Positions 63,157 through 64,000 of a DNA stretch of 64,000 nucleotides are shown piece by piece. How positions within the stretch are numbered: the first letter of the stretch is position 1; every line of letters starts with the position of its first letter. Location of the stretch: sequence record MN871440.1; one strand, written 5' to 3'. The translations under genes and the position numbers were made by a program. Below the pieces are notes generated by a model. It was not told the origin of the DNA. It searched no databases and saw nothing but the letters and a program-made list of their open reading frames with translations.

Positions 63157-63210
63157 TCCGTGGTTCTGATATTATATCCTCATTGAAGCAAAACAACTGA
63201 GGAAAACATA

Positions 63211-63429
63211 ATGCAAGCAAAAGCAAAAATCGTTAAACTGGACATGGTAGACGCATCCGAGTGGGAATTCTCTTATGGTGATGTAGTGTTCGGTAAGCTG
63301 TTGAAAGCACAGGTGTATGGCGAACACGTAACAATCATTTGTGCAAACGTCTATAACTCATTTGATGTTGTGTTGCGAGACGGCACCAAAGTTGAAGCAA
63401 TAAACGGTATACATCTGAGTGAAATCTAA
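63211..63429 (+). CDS. hypothetical protein
   Basis: After promoter TTGCAC 63148; SD GAGG. Confidence 0.75.
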   Translation: MQAKAKIVKLDMVDASEWEFSYGDVVFGKLLKAQVYGEHVTIICANVYNSFDVVLRDGTKVEAINGIHLSEI

Positions 63430-63433
63430 AAAC

Positions 63434-63455
63434 AAAGGGCCTTCGGGCCCTTTTT
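63434..63455 (+). terminator. intrinsic terminator
   Basis: AAAGGGCC-TTCG-GGCCCTTT-TT. Confidence 0.88.
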
Positions 63456-63469
63456 CATTGAAGAAATAA

Positions 63470-63928
63470 ATGAGAGTACAAATTATAAACATGGTTGATT
63501 TCTATGAATTCGAAAATAAACCAGATCTATCGAAAGAACAAGTAATCGAGCTGTATCACTCACAGCTTACCAATCGCGTTTTGGAGGCTGATATCCTAAC
63601 TGAATACAGTGTCATGCTAAAGCTAAAGGATGCTGAGGTGCCTATGCCTATGCGCTTTATTCGCAAGATTGACATCGAGATTAAGCCACAAGAGTTCGAT
63701 CAAGATTTCATTAGTAGCGGTTGCATAGTAAACACTGGTAAAAATGTGCTGGTCAAAATGAGTTCAGATAGAACAGATCAAGGCATTGCCAACACTCTGC
63801 AATGGGCAAGTCCGAATTGTAAGATCGGTTATAGCAATGTATGTACCGAGTATGGTCGCTGGTATAACATCACATTAGATTATAGTACCAATAACATTGT
63901 GTTAACTCGCTTCAATCTAAGATACTAA
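63470..63928 (+). CDS. hypothetical protein
   Basis: Co-oriented ORF. Confidence 0.7.
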   Translation: MRVQIINMVDFYEFENKPDLSKEQVIELYHSQLTNRVLEADILTEYSVMLKLKDAEVPMPMRFIRKIDIEIKPQEFDQDFISSGCIVNTGKNVLVKMSSDRTDQGIANTLQWASPNCKIGYSNVCTEYGRWYNITLDYSTNNIVLTRFNLRY

Positions 63929-64000
63929 ATGTGCGTAGCACTGCGGCTTTGCCGCTAAATGTTAAAAGAAGAGAAGATAAAGTTCCTTATATACCTTTAA

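Noticed and set aside
1-64000. CRISPR array, rRNA, integrase or IS
   Set aside because: No regularly spaced repeats, rRNA, recombinase or transposase motifs; repeats are terminators and promoter leaders

Overview
64 kb of a large lytic T4-like myophage genome, probably from a gammaproteobacterial (Aeromonas Aeh1-like) lineage. This is inferred from the T4 late-promoter motif TATAAATA, tk, a Dam methylase, a PARP-like gene and cUUCGg terminators; no database search was possible. Essentially all genes are on the + strand. 1-10.2 kb is a tRNA cluster (about 22 near-canonical tRNAs) interleaved with many structured non-coding or tRNA-like RNAs and small ORFs. 10-64 kb is a hyperplastic early region of about 110 mostly small ORFs driven by repeated terminator-promoter cassettes. 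Recognisable products: PD-(D/E)xK homing endonuclease, ferritin-like protein, CreA, Tk, TROVE-like vWA protein, ADP-ribosylglycohydrolase, PARP-like ADP-ribosyltransferase, RlaP-like nucleotidyltransferase, outer-membrane barrel, NAMPT, HD hydrolase, Dam, ABC-GNAT fusion, permuted adenine MTase, HAD phosphatase, SPFH, SprT. Strongest leads: (1) a tRNA-Ile2/Met-type gene split inside its anticodon by a 691-nt homing-endonuclease insert with no visible group I intron core; (2) a stem-UUC(A/U)GCAA RNA motif present as four free-standing copies and, circularly permuted, as insertions in the anticodon arms of two tRNA bodies, near a TROVE-like gene; (3) at least 11 promoters whose -10 box lies inside a sequence-variable inverted repeat; (4) an adjacent PARP-like writer / ARH eraser pair with NAMPT nearby. 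Family names come from motif recognition and memory and need HMM/CM confirmation.
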